Origin: Camelus dromedarius
Taxonomy: Eukaryota
Reading direction: 5' to 3'
Assembly: GCF_036321535.1 (NCBI RefSeq)
Contig: NC_087437.1
Location: 120,654,001-120,718,000, forward strand
DNA length: 64,000 nucleotides
Position 1 is the first letter of the stretch. Each line of letters starts with the position of its first letter. The translations under genes were made by a program, and so were the position numbers. This document shows, one piece after another, positions 27,201-39,075 of the stretch. Below the pieces are notes generated by a model that saw only the letters and a list, made by a program, of their open reading frames with translations, ran no database searches and was not told the DNA's origin.

Positions 27201-30200
27201 TAGGGTACGTCTGTTTTCAGTCTTTTAAGGAACCTCCATACTGTCCCCCACGTGGCTGCACCAGTTTGCATTCCCCCCAGCAGTGTGGGAGGGCCTCCTC
27301 TCTCCACCCTCTCCAGCATTTATTTGTAGACTTTGTTTTTAAACTGGTGATCGTGTTTATTTGATTTATTTATTTTCTCTTTACATTTTTTATTGAGTAA
27401 TAGTCATTTTACAATGCTGTGTCAAATTCTAGCATAGAGCACAATTTTTCAGCTGTATATGAATATATATATACTCATTGTCACATTTATTTTTTTTACT
27501 GTGAGCTACCATAAGATCTTCTATATATTTCCCTGTGCTATACAGTATAATCTTGTTTATCTATTCTGCATTTTAAAATCCCAGTCTGTCCCTTCCCACC
27601 CCCTGCCCCCTTGGCAACCACAAGTTTGTATTCTATGTCTGTGAGTCTGTTTCTGTTTTGTATTTATGTTTTTTTTTTCTTTTAGATTCCACATATGAGC
27701 GATCTCATATGGTATTTTTCTTTCTCTTTCTGGCTTACTTCACTTAGAATGACATTCTCCAGGAACATCCATGTTGCTGCAAATGGCGTTATGTTGTCGG
27801 TTTTTGTGGCTGAATAGTATTCCATTGTATAAATATACCACCTCTTCTTTATTCAGTCATCTGCTGATGGACATTTAGGCTGCTTCCATGTCTTGGCTAT
27901 TGTAAATAGTGCTGCTGTGAACATTGGGGTGCAGGTGTCGTTTTGAAGTAGGGTTCCTTCTGGATTTATGCCCAGGAGTGGGATTCCTGGGTCACATGGT
28001 AAGTCTGTTCCTAGTCTTTTGAGGAATCTCCATACTCTTTTCCACAGTGGTTTTCCTTGCTTCCCTCCCCTACTCTTAATGACTTAGATGTCTTCTTTTA
28101 CAATTTTGTGTTTATTCTATTTGTAATTCATGGCAGTTATCTCCTTTCCAGTTATGAATTTCTCATTTTTGTAGCATCCTGCTTCTTTTCTATTTAGAGT
28201 AGACCTGTCAATATTTCTTTTAGCATGGGTTTAGTGTTGCTAAACTCTTAGTTTTTGCTTGTTTGTGAAGTTCTTTATTTCTCCTTCTATTCTAAAGGAT
28301 AGCCTTGCTGGATAGAGTATCCTAGGCTGCATCTTTTTTTCATTCAGGACTTTGAATATATCTTGCCACTCCCTTCTGGCCTGTAGTGTTTGTGTAGAGA
28401 AATCAGCTGAGAGCCTTATGGGGGTTCCCTTGTAACTCACTCTTTGTTTTTCTCTTGCTGCCTTTAGGATCATTTCTTTATCTTGACTCTGGCCATCTTG
28501 ATTATAATATGTCTTGGTGTGGGTCTGTTTGGGTTCTTCCTGTTTCGGACACTCTGAGCCTCCTGCACTTGGATATCTGATTCCTTTAGGTTCGGGAAGT
28601 TTTCAGTCATGATTTCTTCAAATACCTTTTCAATCCCCTTTGTTCTTTCTTCCCCTTCTGGAACCCCTGTTATGCATAGATTGGCACACTTTATATTATC
28701 CCATAGGTCCCTTATATTGTTTTCATTATCTTTTATTTGTTTTTCTCTCAGCTGTTCTGATTGGGTGCTTTCTGTTGTCCTAATAGGTCACTTATTTGTT
28801 CATTTGCATTATCTAGCCTGCTTTGTACGGCCTTTAGGTCAGCTCTCATCTCAGCAAATGAGTTTACTAGTTCTACTTGGTTCTTCTTTATAGCTTCTAT
28901 TTCAGTTTTGACATATTTTGTATCTCTAAACACTATTTCTTTTAGTTCCTTCAGTACTCTGATCACTCCTTTTTCAAAATCTTGATCTAGTAGGCCATCA
29001 ATGTCTATTTCCTTGATCGTGCTTTCAGGGGATTTCTCTTGATCTTTTATTTGGGAGTGGTTCCTCTGCTTGTCCATATTGCTTATATCTCTCTGGCACT
29101 GTGGCTTAAGGAGTATAAGTTATCTAGTTCTCCTGGAGACAGTGTGCTCTTAATGATTTTACTGAGAGATCTTTGTGTATTCGCAGTATTTCATGAACTC
29201 AGCTTGCTGTTTCCAGAGGCTCTTTGTTGGTGCCCTCATCTGTGCTGCTCCCAGTGGCTGTCGGCTAGCAGATCGCGCCCCCTCCTAACACTGGGTCAGG
29301 TGCTGAGCTCTTACCTGGTGGGCAGGTGGGTCACTCCCCCTCCCGATGCCGCAGTCAGATGCTGTGCTCAGGCGAGGCAGGTGGGCGGATCACGCCCCCT
29401 CCCAGCACCATGGTCAGGTGCTGCGTTCCTGCCAGGAGGGCGGGTGACCACCCGCCCTCTCCCAGCGCCGGTCGCTCCGCTACTTCAGCGACCCGAAGGC
29501 GGGCTCGGGGAAGACCGCGGAATGGCCCCGCCCCTGCTCCGTGCCAAATCTCAGCTCCTTGTTTGTCTTGGCGGTGCGAGGTCTCTGAGGTGCCAGGGCA
29601 GAAAGATCCAATGTGCCTGGGGCTGTGAACAAGTCTCAGTCCTGCCCAGGAGGCCGTGGAGCCCCCGGGTGCAGCTTCAGGGCCCGCCCCCCCCCCCCCC
29701 CCCGCAGGAGGAGACAGTGGCCGTGGCCGCGCCCCGCCTCTCTTCTTGCGAGAAGTGCTGGTAATGGCGGGTCTGAGGAGACAAAGGCTACAGCGCCCCT
29801 CCCCCCAGGGCACACCAGCCGTGTTGCTTTGCTTTTTTCGCAATTTATGGGGGACCGAGGTTGTTCTGCTCCGTGTCTCCTCCTGGCCATGGCGCGCAGC
29901 CCCCTGCAGTTCCCCGGGGATGCCTCAGCGCAGCCACCCCGGTCCTCCACCCGGCTCGGGCGGCCTGGCCCCACCCCACTGCCGGCCCGCGTCTCGGGCT
30001 GGGTGTCGCGGGGACCCTCTGTGCCCGTTTAACTCAGTTCTGTCAGTCAAGGGGTGCTCGGGGCAGATCTGAGCCTCGGGGGCTCCCCCTCCGTCCCGCT
30101 GGCCTCTGCGTTGGAGAGGAGAGACCCAGCCAGTGAGCGCCAGTCCTCCTCTACCGCTCCCTCCCCGCGGGACCCGTCCCGCACTGTTTTGCCTTTTTTT

Positions 30201-33200
30201 TCTTTCTTTTTTCCTTTTCTCCTCCCAGATTTTTGGTGTCTTTGTTTTTTGAGGAGGGCGATGTTCTGTTGGAGTTTGGCAGGTGCTCTGGTTGGCTGAG
30301 TGGGTCCATAGATGTGAGTTTTGGTGTATTTGTGGGAGAGAGTGAGCTACGAGTGTCCTTCTACTCCACCATCTTGCTTCTCTCCCTCATTGTAGTTTTA
30401 CTTTGCATAAAATCTTTTTTTTTTAAGTATGTGACTTCTGGTGCCTCTTTAATGGCAAATGTGACATTTTAAATCTTTATGAATGTCCTTGTTCATCCTT
30501 TGAGGTTTGTGTCTCATTAAAAAGCACTGTTAAACACCAACAGATTCTGGAGTTTGTGGTGGAGACGCTGTCCCCACGCTCCCCCAGGCACCCCTGTCAT
30601 GCTGGGTTGGGGTGGGGGTCATGGAGAGAAAGCCTGCAGGAGGGTGAGCCCCCCCCCCAGCAGCTGTGGGACCTCGCACTCTCCCCAGCTGTGCAGTTTC
30701 CCCGGGCTCTCAGCTCCTCCGAACAGCTCCTCCCTCGGTGTCTGCCATAGGGAGCTGAGGGCTCCATCCGACACCACTGCAGGCACCCGCCTCACCCCAG
30801 ATTTTTTGTTAATTGTCCTGTGATATCAGGTCCCCCATGGGGCCAAGAGAAGTGGTCAGCTTGCAGTTTGTCTGGCTTTATCCTGTTGCAGGGCCAGAGT
30901 GACAACCATTCCCAAGGGGAAACCAGGGCTCAATGTGACATTTTAAGTTGTGAAGTATATTGTCCATGTTGAAAAGTCCATTAACAGCCAGTTTATTGAA
31001 TAATTAGAAAGCAAACATCCACTTGTTTCTCTAAGTAAAATGTCACTATTATAGAGGGCGGATCATTGTCACAAAACTACATCCGAGGCAACTTAGTCGC
31101 GCCTGTCGTGTGGGGGCGTGTGCATGTGTGCACACGTGTGCCTGCCTGTGTGTGCCACTGGCCGCCGCCCCAGTGTGAGGGGTGCCCGCTGAGTCCTCGG
31201 GCCCGGAGGCTTGTCACCGGTCCCTGGAAGCCCTTCCCATCCCTCCCACCCCCACCACAAGGGTCACTGCTGCTCAGGCCAGTAAAACCATCACCACCAC
31301 CTTGGAAGGACAAAAGATTCTGGAGCTCAGAGAACTGGGGCATGTGGGCAGTGGGGCCCTCGTCTCTGAGGGTCCGCCTGCCCTGTCGGCTTGCCCGCCG
31401 GCCCTCCCTCCCACCAGGGTGCTCCATTTCCACGGTGGAAGCAGACCCTCCTCCCCGGGGAAACGGTGCCACTTCACCACGCCTGTCCTTGGCCTGTGGT
31501 TCCCAGGCTTTCTCGTAGCAACTGGCGGTGGCGAGGCGGGGTTCTGACCTCCTTCAGAGGTGGTCTGGGACCCGGGGACCCTTTGATACACATGACTCCT
31601 CCAGCAGCCTGTGGTCAGGGTGGGTGCTGGCCGTGTGTGACCCCTGCCCTTCGGCCCGGGCAGCCAGTTCCTTGCCTGACCTTTGCCGGCCGGGGCAAGG
31701 CCCCGGCCGTCCCTGGTGGGGGCTGCAAGGACGGGCAGCTTCCTCTGCTGAGTCCTTTCTCCCTCCAGCCTGTGCAGCCCCCAGCCCTACCCCACTGGCC
31801 TGAGGGGAGCTTGGCAGGGTCTGGAGAGTCCCCATGAGACCGTCCGGCCAAGGGCTGCACGGGCTGTCCTGTCACGCTGCTCTTTCAGGAAGCTTTGCAC
31901 GGAGACGGCCACACGCATGTGGGAGTGGCACGAGATTAGGAAGGCACGCCACCATGATCACAAGTGTATGTAGTAAATCTGAGCATCCGTGTAGCGAACT
32001 TGGATGGAGCAGCCGTGTGTTGGGCACCAGGCCCACGGGAGTGAGAGGAACAGAACTGATGGGCCCAGGGGACAGAAATGGTGAGCTCTGGTCCCCCCGG
32101 CCTCTTGAGGGGCAGTTGCTGGCGTGGTTTCAGCCACACACCGATGCCCACAAGGACCCGGGGTCTTCCCCCTCTGCTCGCAGTGTGGGTCCCTCCATGC
32201 TTCTAAGGGGGCTGCCGCAGACGCCCCTTCCTCACTCAAGGAGGCAGAAGAGTGAGGGGCTGTGCCAGGGGGATTTGTCCTGGGTGTTAGGGAAGCAGAC
32301 GCCTCCTGGGAGCCCTGGGTGGCCCAGTGCCTGGGACTGGGCCACGTGCCTACCCTGCATCGGTCGCTCAAACTGGGCGTGGAGTTACTACCTCTCTGGC
32401 TTAGGTCTGGGGCTGGGGGTCCCCTCCCCTCCCAGAGGTTGAGCAGAACTCTCCTATGAGGGGGTTTTGTGAGGGAGGCCTGGAGGGGCCGTTCTGATGG
32501 GCATTTCATGGCGGTTGAGAGAGGTTAACGCCAGAAGAGCTTCATGAGCCCAGCAGTGGTTTTAGGTCGACTTCGTGTTCTGTTTATTGTCACCATGTGT
32601 GACGCAGCTGAAGTGCAGGCTGGCCTTAAGACAAACGCACAGGACAGTCAGTCGTCCCCAGGTGACCCCAGGGGCCAGCTGCCAGGCTGCTGGGGGCCCC
32701 CACGTCCTCACTGCCCGGCTTCCTGAACTCCTCCGCTGTCCCAAGTGACCATCTGGGGCCAGTGACCTGGATCCATTAAGTCAGAAAGAAAGAGATCTTT
32801 CTATTGTCTTAGCCCCTCCTAATTACTTCAGGTGGAACCACTCATTGAACATTATTAGAATATTGACTCCTGTAAATTCTATCAATTTTACTCCTTTCAA
32901 CAGTACTGGAATCTCTTACTGTTTATAGCAGCATTTCAGTTGCAGTGGATGCCCCTGGGTTTATGTAACACAAACCCACCCGCGGTGAACGGTGATGCTC
33001 TTACTCCCCCTTGTCGCTTCTCAGACGTCTTGGCAACTTCAAACGCTGCTGAGGTCGGACCAGCAATGGATCATTATTAGCACAAAAATACATCATATTT
33101 TTCAACCTTACTGAAAGCTGAGATAGTCCCTGTAAGTGAATTTACCCAAGAACTGACGCTAGACTCTTTAAACCTCCAGATAGGACTGTGTGTGTCTACT

Positions 33201-36200
33201 CTAAAATTTTTCTTCGACTCATGGGAATACCTCCCCGGCTCCCCGCCGTCTCCAGCACCGGTGAGCATGGCGCACCGTCGGCGCCGGGTGAGGTTGGCGG
33301 GACAACAATCACTGCATTATGTTCTCACCCGTGATGTCACCGCGGGCACTGGGTCTGCAGAGCTGCCCCCACGCCCGATGCCCCGTGGTGGCGCAGCCTC
33401 AGGTCCCGGGCTTGCCTCTGTCCTCAGGCTGCGTCAGCAGGATGTCTGCCTCCAGCGCCCCCCACCCTGACTTTTCTCATCTGGCGCTTCAGATTGGCTG
33501 TGGGCCAGGAGACCACCCAGTCCCGCTTGTCCGAGCTGTGTTGAAAGCAAGAGTGAGGAAGAACCTGTCTAGGAGCTGAGAACGCTACCGTGTGAGGTGT
33601 GCTTGCCTCCTGACCCCAGCTGGCTGCTCAGGGAGTGCTGGGGGCTTGTTCCCGTTCTTGGCTGTGTTCTGAACAGGAGCCATTGCCACCTGAATTATCT
33701 TAAGATGCTTTTAAAATGCTTGAGATAAGATTATGTCTCTACTGCCCTATGTTCCCAATAGTCAGTCCTGTTCACAGACTTTCTCCTCCAGTATCTCCTG
33801 GCTCAGCAACAGCAAAACTATCCACAGCAGAACAGAAACCTAGGGCTTGTCCCAGTATGTTCCCCCAGTGCAGCCAGCCGGCACGGCCTTGCCGCTCTGC
33901 TGCCTCCTAGCAGACCAGGTCAGCTCTGCTTGCTGCACACGTAGACACTCAAATATGGGATGGGTGGATGGGTGGGTGGATGGATGGATGGATGGGTGGG
34001 TGCATGGATGGGTGGGTGGATGGATGGGTGGATGGGTGGATGGATGGATGGGTGGGTGGATGGATGGGTGGATGGATGGGTGGATGGATGGATGGGTGGA
34101 TGGATGGGTGGATGGGTGGGTGGATGGGTGGATGGATGGATGGGTGGGTGGATGGATGGGTGGATGGGTGGATGGATGGGTGGGTGGATGGGTGGATGGG
34201 TGGATGGGTGGATGGATGGGTGGATGGATGGGTGGGTGGGTGGATGGATGGGTGGGTGGATGGGTGGATGGATGGATGGATGAGTGAGCGGATCGCTGGG
34301 CAGGTGGATGGAAAGGGGTGAGTGGGTGGGTGGAAAGAGGATGAATGGGTGGTTGGATGGGCAAGGTGGGTGGGTGGGTAGGTGGAAGGAAGGGTGAACG
34401 GATGGGTGGGTGGGTGGATGGACAGGTAGGTCGGTGAGCGAGGCAGAGGAGGGGAAGGAAGGAAGGAAGGAAGGAAGGCGACATCCATTCCTCGGTTTTC
34501 CTGCATTATGGACTTTGAGTTTGGGTCACATGTAACTGAACACTTCTTTTTAATCCTAACCCAGACTTCCCAGCTGGAACATCCGAAGTGAGCACTTTCG
34601 GCATATGTAGTGTCTTCTCCCTTCACCGGCACTGTGTGCACAAGGGCAGTTGCTCAGGAGACATGCTCCGACAGGGCAGGGTGAGCTGCCGGCTGTGACC
34701 GCAGCTCCGAGGGGTGACTGGTCCTGGAGTTGCTGTCAGTGACCATGCCTTGGCCTTGGGTCTCAGGAACCAGGGCAGCAGGTCCACTGAAGCAGTGTCC
34801 CCAGGGCTGGCCAGTTCCTGCTCCAGCGCAGGTTCGGACGCCCGGCTGTGGGGCAGGGCCTGCTGTTGCAGGCTGAGGGGGCAGCCCAGGTCGGGCGCTG
34901 CTCCCCGAGGTGTATGATTAGACCCCGTCGGCGGAGGCTGGGGGGACTGATACGGGCCCTGTGTGTCAGTGAGGCAGCAGTCTTCCATGTGCAGAGGGCC
35001 GTGGCCTTCTCTACCTGGAACGAAGGAACAGAGGGGCCTGGCCGCCACTCTGGGTGTGGGGAGGATGGCAGGCCCTCAACCTCAACTTCCGTTTCTATGG
35101 AAAGACTCTTGGAAGGGTGGGGTTTTGGCAAAGATGAGGGGTGCCTGGGAAGGAGATCTGAAGGTCAGAGTATCTGACTGGAGGCTAGTTTTTGAGGAAG
35201 AGGGACAAAGGGACCAATGCCAGGGAGAGCGAGTCCTGCGGGCGTCTGGCAGTGGGCCCTGAGGCCGGGCAGGGGCTGAGGAGCCCGCCCTTGAGCAGGG
35301 CGAGGCTGGGCCAGGGTCGTGGCAGGCCCCGGGTCTCGGGCGGCGGGACGTGGCGGGGGGGCCTGTGCACATCCAGGGTTGCGGGACCCGGGAGCAAGGC
35401 CTGTATCTTGGTGAGAGGTGTGCTCATCCTCCAGGGGCCGTGCCTCGGCCCCACAGGCTGGGGGCTTACACAGACATTGCTTCTCTCAGCCCTGGGGGCC
35501 GGACGCCTGAGACCGGGGTGTCGGCAGGGCCGGTCCTTCTGAGGGGGGTGCACGTGTCCACTTGCGGGTGCCGCCGCCTCTGTGTCCTCATGGGGCCCTC
35601 CCTCCCTGCAGGTCTGCATCCTCACCCCTTCTCACAAGGAGGCCGGGCAGGTTGGAGCAGAGCCGCCCTGACGGCCTCGCTGAACTTGACCCCATTGTGG
35701 AGGCCTCACTCCGAGGTACTGGACCCCAACATACCCTTTTGAGGGAGCACAGTTCACCCCTAACAAGAAGCGCTCGAGTTAAGGCTGGGAGCAGCCAGGG
35801 CAGAGCCACGCCCGGCACGGGGTGATGGTCAGTGATTCCACGGGGCTCGGGTCCCAGCTCTTCCCTCACCCCCGGCCCTGAGCCCCCAGCAACGTGGCAA
35901 CAGGATCCATGGGCTCAGAGTTTGCAGCAGAAGCCTCTGGAGGGACAGTGTCAGAACCAGAGCTGAGAGGAGGGTCCAGCTGGGGCTCCCGGGCCTCCCA
36001 TCCTCTCTGGGACTCATGTTAAATGCATTTCAACTTTACAATATTTTCAACTTGTAATGAGTTTATCCAGATGTAGTCCCATTGTAAGTCAAGAAAGATC
36101 TGTATATTTGAAAAGTAAAACTTCCCGAAATGCCAGAATTTATACCCCTTGCATATTTAAACTTGGGTTTAAAAATATAGAAATCAACTTAAAATTGTCT

Positions 36201-39066
36201 GGTGATACATAATTTAAAAATACTTTTTTGAAGGGGTGTACACAAGCCAGTGCTCTTGAGGGCTCTGAGCCAATGCTTTCCCACCTGCGGGTCTGCAGGC
36301 CTTGAGGGAGCTGGGGAGAGTGGGGGGAGCGGGGCGTCTTCCTACCACCGCCCTCTGCAGGGGTTCTGGTTGGCCTGCCATTGGTGAAGGGCCTCCCAGT
36401 TAGCGCGTGTGACTGATGTGTTATCACAGTAGGCAGACCCCACTGCACCAGACGTAGGGGGCCAAGTGACAGCCATGTCCAAGCAGATGATGGACTCTGG
36501 GTGCTCTGTGGGGGAGGGCAGGTGGGAGGGGCCCTGGACTGCAGCCGCTGGTGTCCCTTGGGAAGGAGTCTGCCCCAGGGAGCAGTGAAGTCACACCCAC
36601 CTCTGGGCATGGAGGGTGGACTGACAACCCCGGCAGGTGGTCCGCAGCAGGGAGGACGGCCGCAGCCAGGAGCCCCCGCCAGGCTCACGCCTGGGGCAGG
36701 GGTTGGTTGGTGGGGGGGGTCGGCAGACAGCGGCAGGGTCTGCCCAGATGTTCATCTTCCATCTCAACCTGCCTGTCACCGCCTGGAGCAGACAGCAGGT
36801 CATTATGGCCCCAGGTAACGTGGGAGCATTTGCTCCAGCAGAGATATACCGCCGAGGGCCAAGGCCACCCGTGAAGGAGTCCTGTCAGGCTTGGCTCCCG
36901 CTTGCTCCTGGACCAGCAGGTAGTGAACCTGACTGGGTCATGAAGAAGGCTGGCGGTCAGAACTGAGCTTCTGGGCCCCGGCCAGCCCACACCAGGCCAG
37001 GAGCCCTTGCCAGGGCTCACATTAGCCCCGCTGGACCCCACGCCCGCGTCACGGGAGAGCGCGCTGTGCGGCTGGGCCTCGGCTCCGTGCTGGGCCCGTG
37101 GGGCAGACCCCACGTGCCCCTGCTTCTGTGCCCCTCTAGGAAAGGAAGACGGATCTGCCATCAGAAAGCTGAGAGGTGCTGCGGGGGGCGGGGGGCGGGG
37201 GCGTGGACTGGGCAGGGGCGGTGGAGCTGCTTTGTCTAGCTGGGGCAGCGGTCGTCCCTCTGTGCGCGTGTGTGGATCTGGCCTCGACGAAGCTGGCTCT
37301 CTGTCAGTCTTGTACCTGGTGCCCTAATGATGGAATCTGCTTCTAACAACGTCACAGCTGATGGGCCAATCCTTGAGCTGGCTTTCTGGGGACCCTGGTA
37401 ATTGTGGCCTACCTGGTGAAGCCCTGTGCCTGACGTGGAATGGTGCGGGGGTGCAGAGAGCCTGCCAGGTGCAGGTCGGGGGCCAGAGGCTGGGCGGCAT
37501 CGTCAGGTCTGGTGAAAGCCATTGTCTCTAGTCCCAGAAGGAAGCGGGCCTCGGCCGGACCTGGCTGACGTGTGTGACGCTCTGTTTACAGAGGGTCCCC
37601 GCCCACGGAGGGCCCGCAAAGGAGTGTGGACTCGGGTCTCCTCACCGGAATCGGAGTCCAGCCCTCCCACTCTGTGCTGTGTGGCCCTGAACAAGCCACT
37701 TAGCCTCTGGGCTTCCCTTGCTCGCCCGTCGAAGAGGGGCGGCGACAGGGTGCCGGGGCCTGGGGGGCTCGGGAGTGGCCCCTGCGGTGCTGTCTCCCCT
37801 CTGCATCCCGGGTGGGCGCCCAGTCAGCTGACTCACCAGAGTAATGGTTCGCTTTCTGCGTTGACGCTCTTGTGACCCACCGTGTAGCGGCAGAGACACC
37901 TCACGTGCATCCCGTCTGAAGGGCCGCCTCCCGGAGGCTCCCAGGCCCAGGCCGGGTCTCAGCCCCTCCCATGTCCTCCAGGGCATCCTCCTTCCATGGC
38001 CGCTGGGGCCTGGGGCAGGCAGGGGGCGTCCTGCCTACAACTCAGCCCCGGGAGTCACTGGCCTTGTTGCTGGCACAGTTGGGCCTCTCCGGGCACGGGC
38101 ACCTCGGGTGGGGGGCAGCCAGGTCCCTCGTGCCACCGTGTGCTCGGTGTGGCGCACCTGGAAGCCTCCAGAGCCCGCTCCCCCTGCAGCACCAAGGAGA
38201 GCGTGTGGTCACCTCTCCCAAGGACCAAGGACCCAGGGTGGGGCTGGTGGCGGGCGGCCACTGGGATGTCACCAGGCCGGCTCGATGGTGCCGGGGCATG
38301 ACCCCCACTGCCCGCCTGCTTCTGTCCACACAAGGGGCTCAGGGCAGCGCACAGGGCAGGCACCGCCAGGCAAGGCCAGCTTCTGGCTTTGCCTTTGAAG
38401 CCAGGAAACCGGTGTTGAGGAGAAGGGAGAGGCTGGCTAAGTCCTGGGGTCCCCGCTTCTGCGTCAGAGGCCAAAATGAAAGGTTTTCAGCTAAGAAAGT
38501 GCACAACGGCTCGGGGGTTAAAAGACATTCGTTGAAGTGTTTTTTTGTTGTTGTTGTTGAAGTGTTTTTATAGAGATTTGGTGTGCTGGTTTGATCTTTT
38601 AAATAAGATGCTAAAAAAGAAAAGAAAAATTACCCATAATGCCTTTACCTGGAGACAATCACTATTAATATTTGTGTACATTTCTGCTAGTCTTTTCTTT
38701 CTTCCTTTCTTGTATGCATGGGAGTGTGTGTGTGTGTGTCTGGTGTATGTGTGTATGTGATGTGTGTGTGTGGTGTGGCGTATGTGTATATGGTGTGGCA
38801 TGGTGTGTGCGTGTGCACATGACGCCCGTGTGAATGGTGTGTGTTCGCTCACCTGTCTACCGTGTGTCACTGTAGACGGGACAGATGCAGAGGATGTTGC
38901 AGGTGAGCTGCTGGCTCACAGGCCGCACAGGTCTGGCTCTGGCTTGAGGACCGTGGGTTTCTCCTCCGCCTGCAGCCCCTCCTCCGGGGGTCCCAGGCAC
39001 TCCCTGACCACTGCTTCTCCTTCCAGGACGGCCGTTCTCAGTGAGGGACCTTGCACGCGCTACTGA
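18119..39066 (+). CDS. Putative spliced uORF / transmembrane microprotein, join(18119..18201,39027..39066), 40 aa
   Basis: ATG with A at -3; 26 of the first 27 codons end in G/C; ~20-aa hydrophobic stretch; TG|GTGAGC donor joins in phase to the AGPAT3 acceptor at 39027 and reads to TGA at 39064-39066. Confidence 0.6.
21730..21890 (-). mobile_element. MIR fragment (degenerate)
   Basis: aaccctcagagccacccc...agaaactgga...aggccacag...gaatccagg pattern. Confidence 0.45.
22123..22330 (+). mobile_element. Young 5'-truncated L1 3' end with poly(A) tail and TSD
   Basis: Flanked by a perfect direct repeat TAAAAAAACTCCTGCA (22107-22122, 22331-22346); reverse-complement similarity to the L1 3' end at 27390-27560. 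Confidence 0.9.
22474..23650 (-). mobile_element. 5'-truncated L1 (ORF2 C-terminus plus 3' UTR) with TSD
   Basis: ORF2 C-terminal peptide MANRHMKK...REMQIKT...[17 protein letters not shown] (23088-23354, minus strand); TSD tgcttctgtttct at 22461-22473 and 23651-23663. Confidence 0.92.
23680..23790 (-). mobile_element. L2 3' end fragment
   Basis: cactgagcagctaccgtgccccaggcactgtcctag...aagacagac...ctctgcctcctc. Confidence 0.65.
26579..27345 (-). mobile_element. L1 3' end (older copy; resumes briefly after 30386)
   Basis: Similar to 22520-23250; continues as tcattgtagttttactttgcat at ~30387. Confidence 0.85.
27355..30386 (-). mobile_element. L1 with 5' UTR, disrupted ORF1 and 3' end, lacking almost all of ORF2 (~3 kb)
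   Basis: 5' end with YY1-type CAAGATGG (30369-30376, minus strand); CpG-rich 5' UTR; ORF1 pieces [18 protein letters not shown] (29077) and [30 protein letters not shown] (28240-28473); abrupt junction at 28050/51 to the ORF2 tail. Confidence 0.92.
33955..34480. repeat. (TGGA/TGGG)n simple repeat grading into (GGAA)n
   Basis: Directly visible. Confidence 0.97.
36018..36102. mobile_element. TcMar-Tigger family terminal fragment (MER47/Tigger5-like)
   Basis: aaatgcattt...atattttcaacttgtaatgagtttatcc...attgtaagtcaagaaagatctg followed by TA. Confidence 0.6.
38722..38845. repeat. Degenerate (TG)n tract
   Basis: Directly visible. Confidence 0.9.
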
Positions 39067-39075
39067 GCTGTGGCC

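Noticed and set aside
33840..34641. ORFs with WMDG/HPSI repeats
   Set aside because: Translations of the TGGA/TGGG simple repeat
39064..39066. Selenocysteine recoding of the in-frame UGA
   Set aside because: No SECIS could be identified by eye, and AGPAT3 is not a known selenoprotein
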